A stretch of DNA of 64,000 nucleotides from the NCBI GenBank assembly GCA_950097015.1, contig CATNEN010000038.1, positions 11,594,001 to 11,658,000 on the forward strand, written 5' to 3'. Shown in pieces: positions 21,825-35,397 of the stretch. Position 1 is the stretch's first letter. The number at the start of each line of letters is the position of its first letter. The translations under genes were made by a program, and so were the position numbers. The DNA comes from Macrostomum hystrix. Its lineage: Eukaryota; Animalia; Platyhelminthes. The notes under the pieces were generated by a model. It was not told the DNA's origin, did no database searches, and worked only from the letters and a program-made list of their open reading frames with translations.

Positions 21825-24800
21825 CAGCGGCAGCTTGAGCTACCGAGATCTGTTGCGCAAGGCTCGCTCCGAGCCGAACCTGAAGGTGCGCGCCGGCGTC
21901 ATGAAGCCGCGCCCTGTTCACGTTGGACGAATCGGTGGCGGCGGTGGCGTCGGTGTCGGCGGAGCTTGCGCCAATCTGAAGCGCTGCCACCAGAGCCAAG
22001 CCGGAAACGGAATCGGAAGCTACGTCAGCCGCGTCCCGTCTCTCGACTGGTCCTACACTTCGCTGCCGAACCTGCGCCAGATGTTACTGCAACAGCTCTG
22101 GCAGCAACAGCTTCAGCAGCAGGGAGCCGCTAGTCAGCACCAGATGGCCATGTCTCCACCGCTGCCATTGTCACTGCCGCTGCCACCGCCACCTCCACCG
22201 CCGCCGCCACCGCCGCCACCGCTGTCGATGCGGCCTCTCCTGCCGCGGCCGCTGAGCCGGACCAACTCAGCGCCGCTGCCAGGCCTCGGCCTGCCATGGT
22301 GCCGCCACCCGGCCATCCTGCAGTTCCCAGCCGCCTCTGCAGCCGCCGCAGCCGCCGCAGCCGCCGCGATGGCAGCCGCAGCGGCGTTCGCCTCCGCCAG
22401 CGGCCAAGCCGAGCTGCTGCAGCCCGACGGCATCGAGCGGACGAGCAGCACTCCGGTCATCAACCTGCCTTCGCCCATTGCGGAGGAGTCTGTTGGATCG
22501 CCGACAGCCACGGCCATCGCCTACGACCCTGGTATGCTGGAGCACCGATGCCTGTGCAACGGAGTCAGGGGCCTGCATCCAGAGTGCCCCGAGAGACTCG
22601 AGGTAGGCAGCAACAGCCTCATCAGATATCCTACCTGACCTATATCAGTTATCCTCATCAGTTATCCTCATCAGATATCCTACCTGACATCCTACCTGAC
22701 ACCTCATCAGTTATCCTACCTGACACCTCATCAGATATCCTACTTGACACCTCATCAGATATCCTACCTGACACCTCATCAGATATCCTACTTGACACCT
22801 CATCAGATATCCTACCTGACACATTTTGAAGGAACCTATAAATAAAAATAGACAGAAAACACCAATAAATGAGCATCTTATGATCTTATGATCATCTGAG
22901 TTATAATAGTTAGATAGAGAGTAAATGCAGAGTGTCAGGAGTGAGTTGAGAGTGACAAGAGTGAATAGAGAGTGACAGGAGTGAATCAAGAGTGACAGGA
23001 GTGAATAGAGGTGACTCGAGTGAATAGAGAGGAACAGGAGTGAATAAAGAGTGACAAGAGTGAATAGAAAGGAACAGGAGTGAGTAGAGAGTGACTGGAG
23101 TGAATAGAGAGTGACTAGAGTGAATAGAGAGGAACAGGAGTGAATAGAGATGGAGAGGAGTGAATTGAGAGTGACAGGAGTGAATTGAGAGTGACAGGAG
23201 TCAATAGAGAGTGACAGGAGTGAATTGAGAGTGACAGGAGTGAATTGAGAGTGACAGGAGTGAATTGAGAGTGACAGGAGTCAATAGAGAGTGACAGGAG
23301 TGAATTGAGAGTGACAAGAGTGAACAGAGAGTGACAGGAGTGAATAGAGAGTGAGAGGAGTGAATAGAGAGTGACAGGAGTCAATAGGGAGTGAAAGGAG
23401 TGAATAGAGAGGAACAGGAGTGAGTAGAGACTAGAGTGAATAGAGAGTGACAGGAGTGAATAGAGTGACTCTGAACGGGCCCCTCTTTCCGTCCGGTGAG
23501 CAGGCTGTCTGGCGCCACCTGACCGACACGGGCCTCGTGGGTCGCTGCATCCTGGCACGACCCCGCCGAGCCAGTCTCGAGGAGCTGCAGCTGAACCACT
23601 CGGATGCCTATTGCGCCCTGCACGCCACCCAACCTGCGCAACGATCGCACCTAGACCCGGCTCTCCTAGCCAAATTTCGCGCCGTCAGCTTGCCCTGCGG
23701 CGGAGTCGGCGTCGACGAGGACACGGTGTGGGCGGAGTCGGGCACGCCAGCGGCGTGTCGCCTTGCGGTCGGAGCCCTGCTGGAGCTCAGCCAGCGCATC
23801 GCACTCGGCGACTGTCGTAACGGCCTGGCGCTGGTGCGGCCGCCGGGACACCACGCCGGCTTCGATCATCCGCTGGGCTACTGCTACTTCAACGCAGTCG
23901 CCATCGCAGCCAAGAGTCTGGTGCGCTCCGGACAGGCTGCCCGCGTGGCCATCGTCGACTGGGACGTCCATCACGGCAACGGGACGCAGGTGAGTAGTAT
24001 GATCCCTCAAATCCCTCATTCCTGGATCCCAGATCCTACAATATGATCCCAAATGTCACATTCTGATCCCTGATCCCGAAATACCCATCCCAGATCTAAC
24101 ATTCTGATCCCAAATCTCACATTCTGATCCCAAATATCACAATCTGATCCCAAATCTCACAATCTGATCCCAAATCTCACATTCTGATCCCAAATCCCAC
24201 AATCTGATCTCAAATCTCACAATTAAATCCCATATCTGACATTCTGATCCCAAATTTCACATTCCGATCCCCTTATAGTCGGCCTTTTATTCGGACCCAT
24301 CGGTTCTCTACATCTCGCTGCACCGCTTCGACGGTGGTCGCTTCTTCCCCGGCACCGGCGGCATCGAGGAGGTCGGCCAAGCCGACGCGCGCGGCCGCAA
24401 CGTCAACATCGCCTGGGACGGGGAGCCGATGGGCGACGCGGAATATTTGGCCGCCTTCCGGACCCTGGTCCTGCCGATGCTTTCCGAGTTCGCGCCCAGC
24501 ATGCTGCTGGTGTCGGCCGGTTTTGACGCCGCCCGCGGCCACCCGAATCACCTCGGCGGCTACCGAGTCAGCCCGGAGTGCTTCGCCCTGCTGACCTCCC
24601 AGCTGGCTGCGACTACGCCGAAGCTGCTGCTGGCGCTGGAGGGCGGCTACGATCAGCAGTCGCTGCCGTTGTGCGTCGCCGCCTGCCTTCGCTCACTGCT
24701 AGGCGACCCGCCGCCCGACCTGCCCGCCTGGGAGCTGCGGCGTCGACCGAACGACAGCGCCGTGGCGACCATTTGCCGCGTGGCCGAGGTGCATCGGCCG

Positions 24801-24896
24801 TACTGGGGCGCCTTCCTGCGGCTGCTGCTGCCTGACTCCGTGCAGCTCAGCGTTGAAGAGGCCACTAGGCTTATCGGCAGCCTCAGCTTTAGGTAG
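21574..24896 (+). CDS. HDAC4: Class IIa histone deacetylase (HDAC4/5/7/9-like), exons 21574-22602, 23504-23989, 24279-24896, ~710 aa
   Basis: MEF2-binding-like EVRARLQDFLL; 14-3-3-type motifs RKARSEPNLK and SRTNSAPLP; catalytic motifs RPPGHHA, DWDVHHGNGTQ, SAGFDAARGH and LEGGY; phase-0 GT-AG introns. Confidence 0.92.
22616..23468. repeat. HDAC intron 1 minisatellites: 24-mer CCTCATCAGATATCCTACCTGACA, then 20-mer GAGTGAATAGAGAGTGACAG
   Basis: Direct tandem units. Confidence 0.9.
24000..24270. repeat. HDAC intron 2, 20-bp minisatellite TCTGATCCCAAATCTCACAT
   Basis: Direct tandem units. Confidence 0.85.
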
Positions 24897-24937
24897 AACC
24901 GGACTGACCTGTGATAAATGGGATATTAAGTAACAGG

Positions 24938-25095
24938 GAGTGGCAGAGCGGACTAACGCGTTTGCTTCTTGCGTCATGGTCCCTTAACTCGATTCCGCGA
25001 CGGGGCCACAATTTGGAGATTTCTCACTGGCTGACTTTGAAGAAGTCGGAGCACAGATGGGCACACAATGTGTGAGTGTGCGTCTGCGTACGGTC
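24938..25095 (+). mobile_element. SINE family A, degenerate 5' part
   Basis: GTGGCAGAGCGGACTAACGCG...CTCGATTCC head. Confidence 0.6.
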
Positions 25096-26132
25096 ACCTA
25101 CAGCCAATCAATGGGATCAATATAAGTTGTATGTTAAGAGGCAATGTAAGTGCGAAAAATTCTAATAGTGAGAGAACAATAGAATGCTGGTTTTGAGTAA
25201 TACTTGTATTTTTTTAGATTTAAGCTTCACTACAATCGTAGTCTCTGATTTGATTCTATTTTCTATTAGGTAACAATGCACCTAGAAGTCCTTTTGCGTC
25301 TCGTTTATGGCTTCGTTGTTCTTCTGTTTTGCTATTTTATATTTATACTTAGTCCAAAAAATGTACTTTTAATATTTTTTCGGTATGCAAGTATTCTCTT
25401 AAACGATAGATTCTTGAATGAAAATCACAACAACTCTCTGCAAATAGGAATACTCGACAGTGCAAGTGCGAGCGCTGCCGCTAAGTCGACATAAAAAGTT
25501 TGCGTACCTGGCGGTTGCAAAAACCCACTTCCCCTTTTTTTATGGGTCTTCTTTAGAACCTCTGCGGCCATGCACACCATATTGTTTATCGGTGCGGGGC
25601 TCATTGTCTGTGATCACGACTCGGGGCTGGCTGGTGGGATGTGTTTAAACAAACTAACTCTGTAGGAGTCGAAACGCAAATCCGTTGGGATTTTGTCGTA
25701 GTCTTTTTCCAGATCTGTACTTTAAGTATTTAACACTCTGTTTCATGCTGAATAAGAGCCCAAGTGCTGTTTTGCTGTAATAAAGGTTCTTGCACCATTA
25801 CATTTTTGTATGTTTATAATGTACGTTCATTCTCGTGCCCGTACAATACGTTCTTGGTCATACAAGCTTTGTCTCTAAAGTTTTATGTATTTTTATAATT
25901 AAAAAATCACACCTTGCTTTCAATATTAAGATTACTTTTAAATGAAATCTTTAGTGTCCTGTTTTTTGTGTCATATGTATTTCGTTGTTTTCTTTGATCG
26001 TTAAACAAACGTTTTTCGCTTCATTTTTTTAGCTGTTTTTAGTTTGATTTTGTCATAAATTTTAGGAGTCCTTCAGTCCTTTGTACTGTTTCTATTGTAA
26101 TTTTAATTATTGTTATTTTGATAATTAAGGGA

Positions 26133-27031
26133 ATGACTGAACGTACACTGTTGGCTTACAAGCTATCTGTAAGAGAAGAACAGGGTGCGGGGGGTGGGTT
26201 GTAGCCTCGGCTAGGAGGGTAAGGGCATGACTGAATGTACACTGTTGGCTTACAAGCTATCTGTAAGAGAAGAACAGGGTGCGGGGGGTGGGTAATTATA
26301 GCCTCGGCTAGGAGGGTAAGGACATGACTGAACGTACACTGTTGGCTTACAAGCTATCTGTAAGAGAAGAACAGGGTGCGGGGGGTGGGTTGTAGCCTCG
26401 GCTAGGAGGGTAAGGGCATGACTGAATGTACACTGTTGGCTTACAAGCTATCTGTAAGAGAAGAACAGGGTGCGGGGGGTGGGTAATTATAGCCTCGGCT
26501 AGGAGGGTAAGGACATGACTGAACGTACACTGTTGGCTTACAAGCTATCTGTAAGAGAAGAACAGGGTGCGGGGGGTGGGTTGTAGCCTCGGCTAGGAGG
26601 GTAAGGGCATGACTGAATGTACACTGTTGGCTTACAAGCTATCTGTAAGAGAAGAACAGGGTGCGGGGGGTGGGTAATTATAGCCTCGGCTAGGAGGGTA
26701 AGGACATGACTGAACGTACACTGTTGGCTTACAAGCTATCTGTAAGAGAAGAACAGGGTGCGGGGGGTGGGTAATTGTAGCCTCGGCTAGGAGGGTAAGG
26801 ACATGACTGAATGTACACTGTTGGCTTACAAGCTATCTGTAAGAGAAGAACAGGGTGCGGGGGGTGGGTTGTAGCCTCGGCTAGGAGGGTAAGGACATGA
26901 CTGAATGTACACTGTTGGCTTACAAGCTATCAGTAAGAGAAGAACAGGGTGCGGGGGGTGGGTTGTAGCCTCGGCTAGGAGGGTAAGGACATGACTGAAT
27001 GTACACTGTTGGCTTACAAGCTATCTGTAAG
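26133..27031. repeat. 94/97-bp tandem repeat with dimeric higher-order pattern
   Basis: About 9 units beginning ATGACTGAA(C/T)GTACACTG. Confidence 0.95.
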
Positions 27032-28439
27032 CCAGGGCAAGACAAGGACAAGAAGACAGGTGACAGATGACAGATGACAGGTGACAGGTGTATGACAAGA
27101 ACAGATGCAGGGTGAGGTACCCGAAAGAATGGGGTAGTATTCTGGAATTGTATTACGCAATAGAGGCCTGCTTAAAAGACATGGAAAAGTTCAGAAGGAA
27201 ATTGAATTCAAATTGCACCTAGGAAAGATTAATTTTTGGAAAATTAACATGAAAACGTTTTTAGTGCAGAAAAATCAAACTGATTTTGCCTTCTCATCAA
27301 TGTGAACTTCTATCTACTTTTCGCTCTTATGTTAAATAAAATCCCACTTGTCTAGTTCTCTTTTGCTATTGTCCTATTATTCGCCCAAGAAAATTTTTTC
27401 ATTATTCTAAACTACAAACTGTACTGTAGTTTGTTCCGACCGACTGCCCGAACCACTCGGATCCTACCCGTTCATACCTACAAAAATGAGTGTCGTCCTG
27501 CATGTTGCAGGAATAAATTAATCAATACAAAACATTAGAATATCGTAGAGTATTATTTCGTTTTGATTTTTTGCTGCTATATTTTAACGTTACAGTGTTT
27601 GATGTAAGTATTACAATACCTCTTAGTATAAAAAGCCATTAATTAGTAATGTTCTGTCTACTGAAATCTATTGAGAATCGAACTCCCGACCTCTCCCTAT
27701 GTTATGGCGTTCCCGAGGAGAGAGGGCATCATGAAGTCAGAAGAGTTTAGTACACATCTTCCGTCCTTAATCTCAGATATTGCTTCTGTTAGCTTTCAAT
27801 ATAGGCTTCTTCCCAATCAGACTAGAAAGCTCAGGTGAAATCGCGGATTACTAAATGTTCTCAAAGTCAGAGCAAACGAAAGACAGCCGCCACAGCAGCC
27901 ATGGCATATTGCGGGGCAGTTGCGCGTTTACTTTAATCTTGTTTGCCTCCAAGCGGGATTCAGTCGTATTTGAAGCATCTTCCGCATCTATCCGGAAAAT
28001 TGTCTGCTTCAAAGGACTCTAATTTTGTTAGAGCTGCAAAGAGCTGCAAAAATGCCCATATAATTAGGGGGCTTCAGGCCCTCAAAACTGAGAGTGCTTA
28101 ATGATTATGCTCTCAACAATCCATCCTTATTCTCTATGCTCAACTGCGCAGCCGTATTTGTCCGATGCAAATTTTCCACAGAAGCCTTTATCCGTGAGCC
28201 CGACTTTTAATTATCTCTTAGTCCATTGTGATGACTTGGAAGCATGACAATAGTAGCTTTAGTAGCTTTCTAGTGTTGCATTAAAATCAATTTAATTTCT
28301 GGTTTACTTGACGACGGTTTTAGCAGAAATCTATGACATCCCGATGGCATCAAATCTATTTCGAAAAGGATGGTACGAAGTAACGTAACTTAATCGAGGA
28401 TGTAAATGGTTGTGCGGGCTATTGTGAGACGTTAAGGTG

Positions 28440-29190
28440 GTGAATGCGTTTTCGAGGTCGGAGAATGCGGACTCGAGGCCAGAGAATGCGGTGTCGAGGC
28501 CAGAGAATGCGGTGTCGAGGCCAGAGAATGCGGTGTCGAGGTCAGAGAATGCGGTGTCGAGGTCAGAGAATGCGGTGTCGAGGTCAGAGAATGCAGTGTC
28601 GAGGTCAGAGAATGCGGTGTCGAGGTCAGAGAATGCGGTGTCGAGGTCAGAGAATGCGGTGTCGAGGTCAGAGAATGCGGTGTCGAGGTCAGAGAATGCG
28701 GTGTCGAGGTCAGAGAATGCGGTGTGACGGTGTCGAGGTCAGAGAATGCAGTGTCGAGGTCAGAGAATGCGGTGTCGAGGTCAGAGAATGCGGTGTCGAG
28801 GTCAGAGAATGCGGTGTCGAGGTCAGAGAATGCGGTGTGCCGGTGTCGAGGTCAGAGAATGCAGTGTCGAGGTCAGAGAATGCGGTGTCGAGGTCAGAGA
28901 ATGCGGAGTCGAGGCCAGAGAATGCGGAGTCGAGGCCAGAGAATGCGGAGTCGAGGCCAGAGAATGCGGTGTCGAGGTCAGAGAATGCGGTGTCGAGGCC
29001 AGAGAATGCGGAGTCGAGGCCAGAGAATGCGGAGTCAAGGCCAGAGAATGCGGTGTCGAGGTCAGAGAATGCGGTGTCGAGGCCAGAGAATGCGGAGTCG
29101 AGGCCAGAGAATGCGGAGTCGAGACCAGAGAATGCGGAGTCGAGGCCAGAGAATGCGGTGTCGAGGCCAGAGAATGCGGAGTCGAGGTCA
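28440..29190. repeat. 21-bp minisatellite GAGGTCAGAGAATGCGGTGTC
   Basis: Direct tandem units. Confidence 0.95.
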
Positions 29191-29409
29191 GGGCAGTTGT
29201 TGCGAGTATTAAATATTGAAACAGATAAATACGATTTAATATACGAGCCGTACGTTAATACGTTAATACGTTATAACATAAATGCACTCAACAGGTGATG
29301 GCGAAAAAGGACTTCAAAAGTGCCAGTGGGCCTTAGTCCGATGCATGTTTTCATGGTGTAGCGTCTAAAAATAGCTGCCAGTGCAATGTGATTGAGGGGA
29401 TTCCCTCAG

Positions 29410-29738
29410 GCCAGGGCGTGGAATAAGACCCACAAAATAGACTAGCCAATCAGAGGTCAGGGCGTGAAATAAGACCCACAAAATAGACTAGCCAATCAGA
29501 GGTCAGGGCGTGAAATAAGACCCACAAAATAGACTAGCCAATCAGAGGACAGGGCGTGAAATAAGACCCACAAAATAGAGTTGCCAATCAGAGGACAGGG
29601 CGTGAAATAAGACCCACAAAATAGAGTTGCCAATCAGAGGTCAGGGCGTGAAATATGACCCACAAAATAGACTAGCCAATCAGAGGTCAGGGCGTGAAAT
29701 AAGACCCACAGAATAGACAAGCCAATCAGAGGCCAGGG
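29410..29738. repeat. 46-bp CCAAT-containing tandem repeat, array 1
   Basis: CAGGGCGTGAAATAAGACCCACAAAATAGACTAGCCAATCAGAGGT, about 7 units. Confidence 0.9.
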
Positions 29739-31174
29739 TGCTAAATATACGGGGAGGGCTGACGGAGACTAAAACTTATTGCCTATCTTCTTCTGATGCT
29801 CACTAAAAAAATATGCTGCGTGAAAATCAAGTACGGTCGAAGAAGAAGGGGAATTCAATGTCTCGCCTCAGGAAACAATTTGTCTCTCATGGGCTGAGAT
29901 TCGAACTCACGATCACGATAGTCAGAATTCCGAAGCTTAATAGACACCAGGGAGTACTAAATACTCAAGATAAACAAGACTGAGCAATTCGTGCTCAGAC
30001 GGAACCTTTGGCTACAAATTGCCAAGCAGATTTGCCTCCGTCATTACTTTCCTTGTTTCTTGACTTGCGTGCCAGCGAAAAGAGCGAATAACAAAAGACA
30101 AGGGACTCGTGACGGCCGTGTCCAGCAAATGGAACCCGGTGTTTCAGCGAAGGCATTTTTGTCTTTTGCCGAGCTGCAACTGCATGATGAGAACTGTAAA
30201 ATATGCATATGGACAGTAATTGGGTCAGGTGAATGTTGATGTTTGATAGCGAAGGTCTCTGAGCTCGATTCCGAGGCGAGGCCGCAATAATTTGACGATG
30301 AGAAAGTCGGGGCAGATGTACACACCTCCTAGCAGAATAGCCTCCTCACTGGCTGTGGGTCTACTGGGCTTTCACAGACGCATAACCTAATCGGCGCGTT
30401 CCTACTCGGATTAATCCTACGCAATGTCTCTGCTATCCTGCAGTTTTCTAGCGGGGGGTGGATAATTAGAAATGTACTGCGCAGGTCCGCTTACTCCTGC
30501 TTATCTGTATAGCTCATTCTTTTCGTAGTCTCTCATCTCTTGTTTCTTTCTCGGGCCCTTTTATTTCGTCAAAATCCTGTCTGTCTTTTTTTCGTAGAGT
30601 TGCTTTTTCGTATCCCAAGTATCTCCACGCAATGGGACAAAGGTATTCCGGCCAACTGGGCATCTCTCTATTCGCTACGGCACAGGGAGTTATCCCTGCA
30701 CAGTTTATGCGTGTGTCCGATTTTTTCCTCTGTTGGCCAGTTCTTTCATTCGCTAACGCTGCTCATTGTTGGCACGATGTCCTATAGTTCCTTTGTTGTT
30801 CAACGATCCGATATTTGGGTAATATTTATAGGGCCACTCTAATCACCTGTGTGTCTAATCATGCTTTTATCTATTCTGCTTGCGATCTATTTGCCTCACT
30901 GAATGTCTTTATGCCTGCTTCTGTCGCGATTTCTCTTGTACCTTTGTACCTTTGTCCATTGTTGCTGCACAGAGGTACATACAGGGGCATTTCGTGACCC
31001 CTGACTCAGTTCCTGAAGCCATTATCAATATAGCGATGTAGTTATCGATTCATTATCCAGTATCGTCTAGAATGGAAACATATACTCGTAGATCTATAGA
31101 GTTATAAATGACCATGTGTAAGCCGTATATATGTACGTCCGAAAGCACAGCCGTAGCTATTACGCCGCGTAATC

Positions 31175-31930
31175 AACAGACTAGCCAATCATAGCCAGGA
31201 GCGTGAAATAAGACCCATAGAGCAGACTAGCCAATCATAGCCAGAGGCGAGAAATAAGACCCATAGAGCAGACTAGCCAATCATAGCCAGAGGCGAGAAA
31301 TAAGACCCATAGAGCAGACTAGCCAATCATAGCCAGGGGCGTGAAATAAGACCCATAGAACAGACTAGCCAATCATAGCCAGAGGCGAGAAATAAGACCC
31401 ATAGAGCAGACTAGCCAATCATAGCCAGAGGCGAGAAATAAGACCCATAGAGCAGACTAGCCAATCATAGCCAGAGGCGAGAAATAAGACCCATAGAGCA
31501 GACTAGCCAATCATAGCCAGGGGCGTGAATAAAGACTCATAGAACAGACTAGCCAATCATAGCCAGGGCGTGAATAAAGACTCGTAGAACAGACTAGCCA
31601 ATCATAGCCAGGGCGTGAATAAAGACTCATAGAACAGACTAGCCAATCATAGCCAGGGCGTGAATAAAGACTCATAGAACAGACTAGCCAATCATAGCCA
31701 GGGGGTGAAAAAAGACTCATAGAACAGACTAGCCAATTAAAGCCAGAGCGTGAAATAAGACCCATAGAGCAGACTGGCCAATCATAGCCAGGGGCGTGAA
31801 ATAAGACCCATAGAACAGACTAGCCAATCATAGCCAGGGCGTGAATAAAGACTCATAGAACAGACTAGCCAATCATAGTCAGAGGCATGAAAAAAGACCC
31901 ATTGAACAGACTAGCCAATCATAAGCCAGG
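31175..31930. repeat. 45/46-bp CCAAT-containing tandem repeat, array 2
   Basis: AGCCAATCATAGCCAG(A/G)GGCG...AATAAGACCCATAG, about 16 units. Confidence 0.9.
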
Positions 31931-32417
31931 AGTGAAGATAAGTACGTGAAGAATGCCTATTATTAATAATTTCCCTGCTTGATTACCTGATTGAGAAGAC
32001 CTGTGTGTTTGCTTAATAATTTTTAACCATGAAATTTTTCCTTTCTCAAAAAGAGAAAAATTAGAGTTATTTCCGCCATTAATCTAGGAGCTGTTGCAGC
32101 GGCACTCGCATATCTCGAAAAAGATCTGTAAACTTCGGACAAAATCTTAACTATTTTTATAATACTACTGCTAGTAGCTGGATTATCTGACAGAATTGTA
32201 TATACAATCAATTAAAACTGAATCAAGGTTGGAAAAAGGAGCCCACGTTGTAGCAAGTTACAATGAATGCAACTTTAAATCGAAGATAAGTAAGTGCTCA
32301 AGATTGCTCACTAGAATTTGTACTCACTATAGATTGTGAGTACACTCGTAATTACTTCGGCATCGTAAACTAATAGTGTACTTCTGGGCAGAACACGAGA
32401 CTGAATTCTACGAGTAC

Positions 32418-32905
32418 ATAGAATCCTACATATAATCTGAATCCTAGACTGAATCCAGATAGAATCGAAGATAGAATCCTAGATAGAATCCTAGACTGAA
32501 TCCTAGATGGAATCCTGGACTGAATCCTAGATGGAATCCTAGACTGAATCCTAGATGGAATCCTGGACTGAATCCGATATAGAATCCTAGACTGAATCCT
32601 AGATGAAATCCTGGACTGAATCCTAGATGGAATCCTGGACTGAATCCTAGATGGAATCCTAGACTGAATCCTAAATAGAATCCTGGACTGAATCCTAGAT
32701 GGAATCCTAGACTGAATCCTAGATGGAATCCTGGACTGAATCCGATATAGAATCCTAGACTGAATCCTAGATGGAATCCTGGACTGAATCCGATATAGAA
32801 TCCTAGACTGAATCCTAGATGGAATCCTGGACTGAATCCGATATAGAATCCTTGACTGAATCCTAGACTGAATCCTAGACTGAATCCTAGACTGAATCCT
32901 TGACT
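32418..32905. repeat. 12-bp minisatellite GAATCCTAGACT
   Basis: Direct tandem units. Confidence 0.9.
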
Positions 32906-32919
32906 TAATCGCAGCCTAG

Positions 32920-33190
32920 GCGCAGCCGCGGAGAGAAGGCTTGGGGGCTTGTCGTGCAATTTACGCCCTTGAGGGCCAACCTCCGAGGCACAGTGAAGTG
33001 TACACTGCCTGACGATGAGAAAGTCAGGGCAGATGTACACACCTGTGTGAGCGTATGCCTGCCTATAGTATCTGTGTGCGTGTGTGCTCAGGAGTCAGCG
33101 AATCGGGCAGCATTGCCTCCTCGCTGGCTGCAGGTCAAGTGTCACCAAATGATGTGCCATTGCCCGCAGCCCTCATGAAATAATAATTAT
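32920..33190 (+). mobile_element. SINE family A, 5'-truncated
   Basis: Matches the family A body and tail. Confidence 0.75.
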
Positions 33191-33597
33191 TATTTAGTGC
33201 AATAAATGAAACTGTAAAACAGCTTCGTTTATTACTGCATTGGGTTCAATTTAGTACACCCAAATAGCCGACAATAGGGCATTCTGAGGCATTCTAATAG
33301 GGCTGAACTATAAAAAGATAAAAATTGTCTACTGGGCTCAAGACCAACCCGAACGTTGCCATAGCAACCGAGATGCAACCGGCGCGAAGCAGCAAGAGAT
33401 GCCCTCAAAACAGTTCGCGCGCGTAGTCTATATAGGCAATTGTTTTAATATTGAAAATAAAAGCATGTTTTTACCGGTTAATCAGTACCTGACTGAGTCC
33501 ACAGTTCACTTTGTGCACTTCACGGGCGATCGGCGTGGCTACGTGAAGCTCCTCTGGGCCGCAGCCATCCTGGCCTCGGTGTCTAGACTGCTCACCG

Positions 33598-33772
33598 GTG
33601 TTGAGCACACATTCACACAGGTGAGTACATCTGGCCCGGGCTTTCTCATCGCCAGGCAGTGTACACTCTCACTGTGCCATAGTACGAGTAGTTGGCCCTT
33701 AAGAGAGTAAATTGTGGAATCGAGCTCAGGGACCTTGGTGCGAGAGGCAAATTCCTTTACCGCTTCGCCACT
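33598..33772 (-). mobile_element. SINE family A, degenerate
   Basis: Head and partial body on the minus strand. Confidence 0.55.
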
Positions 33773-33964
33773 GATCGCTAGAGTCCTGTGATTTTAAAGT
33801 TTGCGATTTATCCATTTTCATTGGAGGCAGAATTAGATTCAGAGCAGGTTAAACGGAACTGTCGTGCCACAAGGAGAGAAAATGAATTTCCTTTGGGTTG
33901 AGATCTAACGTACCGTTCGTGTTGTTTGGAGTCTAAAGTTCGAATTATCGAGGAAAAACCCCAG

Positions 33965-34190
33965 GCCCTGACCTCTGATTGGCTAGTTTATTCTGAGAAT
34001 CTTATTTTACGTAATGGCCTCCGATTGGCTAGTTTATTCTGTGGGTCTTTTTTATGTACTGGCCTCTGATTGGCTAGTCTATTCTGTGGGTCTTATTTTG
34101 CTTAATGTTCTCTGATTATCTAGTTTATTCTGATGGTCGTATTTCACATACTGGTCTCTGATTGGCTAGTCAATTCTGAGGGTCTTATAT
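33965..34190. repeat. CCAAT-containing repeat, array 3 (inverted, degenerate)
   Basis: CTCTGATTGGCTAGT...GGGTCTTATTT units. Confidence 0.75.
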
Positions 34191-34389
34191 CACTTGTTTT
34201 TTTCGCATTATGAGAGTACAATCAGCTTAACGGGGGGTTATTAGATTATTGAGAGGATTATTAAGCTTTTTAAGACCATAGTTTGCTTAACGAGGATAAT
34301 TAGCTTAGTTATGCTGGATGATAATGAGGGTGTTGCTACCTTAATTGCAGATTAAGAGGCTTGTGAAGAAGGACATTAGCGTACTCATG

Positions 34390-34910
34390 CGATAATTAGC
34401 TTATTGAGTGGATAATTAGCTTATTGAGTGGATAATTAGCTTATTGAGTGGATAATTAGCTTATTGAGTGGATAATTAGCTTATTGAGTGGATAATTAGC
34501 ATAGGTCGGTAACAATTAGATTATTGAGTGGATAATTAGCATAGTGGGGTAACAATTAGATTATTGAGTGGATAATTAGCTTATTGAGTGGATAATTAGC
34601 TTATTGAGTGGATAATTAGCATAGTGGGGTAGCAATTAGCTTATTGAGTGGATAATTAGCATAGTGGGGTAACAATTAGCTTATTGAGTGGATAATTAGC
34701 TTATTGAGTGGATAACTAGCTTATTGAGTGGATAATTAGCTTATTCAGTGGATAATTAGCATAGTGGGGTAACAATTAGATTATTGAGTGGATAATTACC
34801 TTAGTGGGGTAATAATTAGCTTATTGGGGTAATAATTAGCTTATTGAGTGGATAATTACCTTAGTGGGGTAATAATTAGCATAGTGGGGTAACAATTAGC
34901 TTATTGAGTT
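34390..34910. repeat. 20-bp minisatellite GATAATTAGCTTATTGAGTG
   Basis: Direct tandem units. Confidence 0.9.
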
Positions 34911-35397
34911 GTCCGGCTTCGCCCCTTCAGTTGTCCGGGCCCCAGAATGAAAAGGAATAAAATTTAATCTGGGAAATTAAAGCTGCTGGAAGTCATTGGA
35001 ACTTATTTGCAAGCCATGACGTGTCTCAAACAATGCTACATTTTCTGCCCCTGACAATGCGTTGAGGCGCGACCTCTTTCTGTTCGCGCTCAAGGAGAAC
35101 CGTCAAAGAAGAATTCCCATAGGCAGCAGCAGTGTTTGATAATGCGAGTACATCAAGGCTCTATGCATAGCAGAGTAACGCGCTGGTACGCGCTCATGTA
35201 GTTTTTGGACAACACCTTTTCGTAATGTCTTCCTGATCGCACAAAGTTATAATCAGTGTCCAGGCAGATGTTAATGCACCCGTAATGTCATATTTTGATT
35301 TTCCTCAACAGGTGGACTGATCAGGACGTCATCTACGATATGACCATGTCCACTCTGAGAGTGCACTTCAGTCCGTCTAGGCTAGCCTGCCTGCAGA

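Noticed and set aside
28437-29298. Repetitive ORFs (also 32444-33040, 42191-45175, 46462-46884, 48423-48767, 53826-54261, 61537-62109)
   Set aside because: These are translations of minisatellites that happen to lack stop codons; several lie inside introns.
33000-33045. CTGACGATGAGAAAGTC in SINE family A resembles a hammerhead core
   Set aside because: No stem II or stem III can form. The sequence is explained by a simple CTGAC/GTCAG hairpin.
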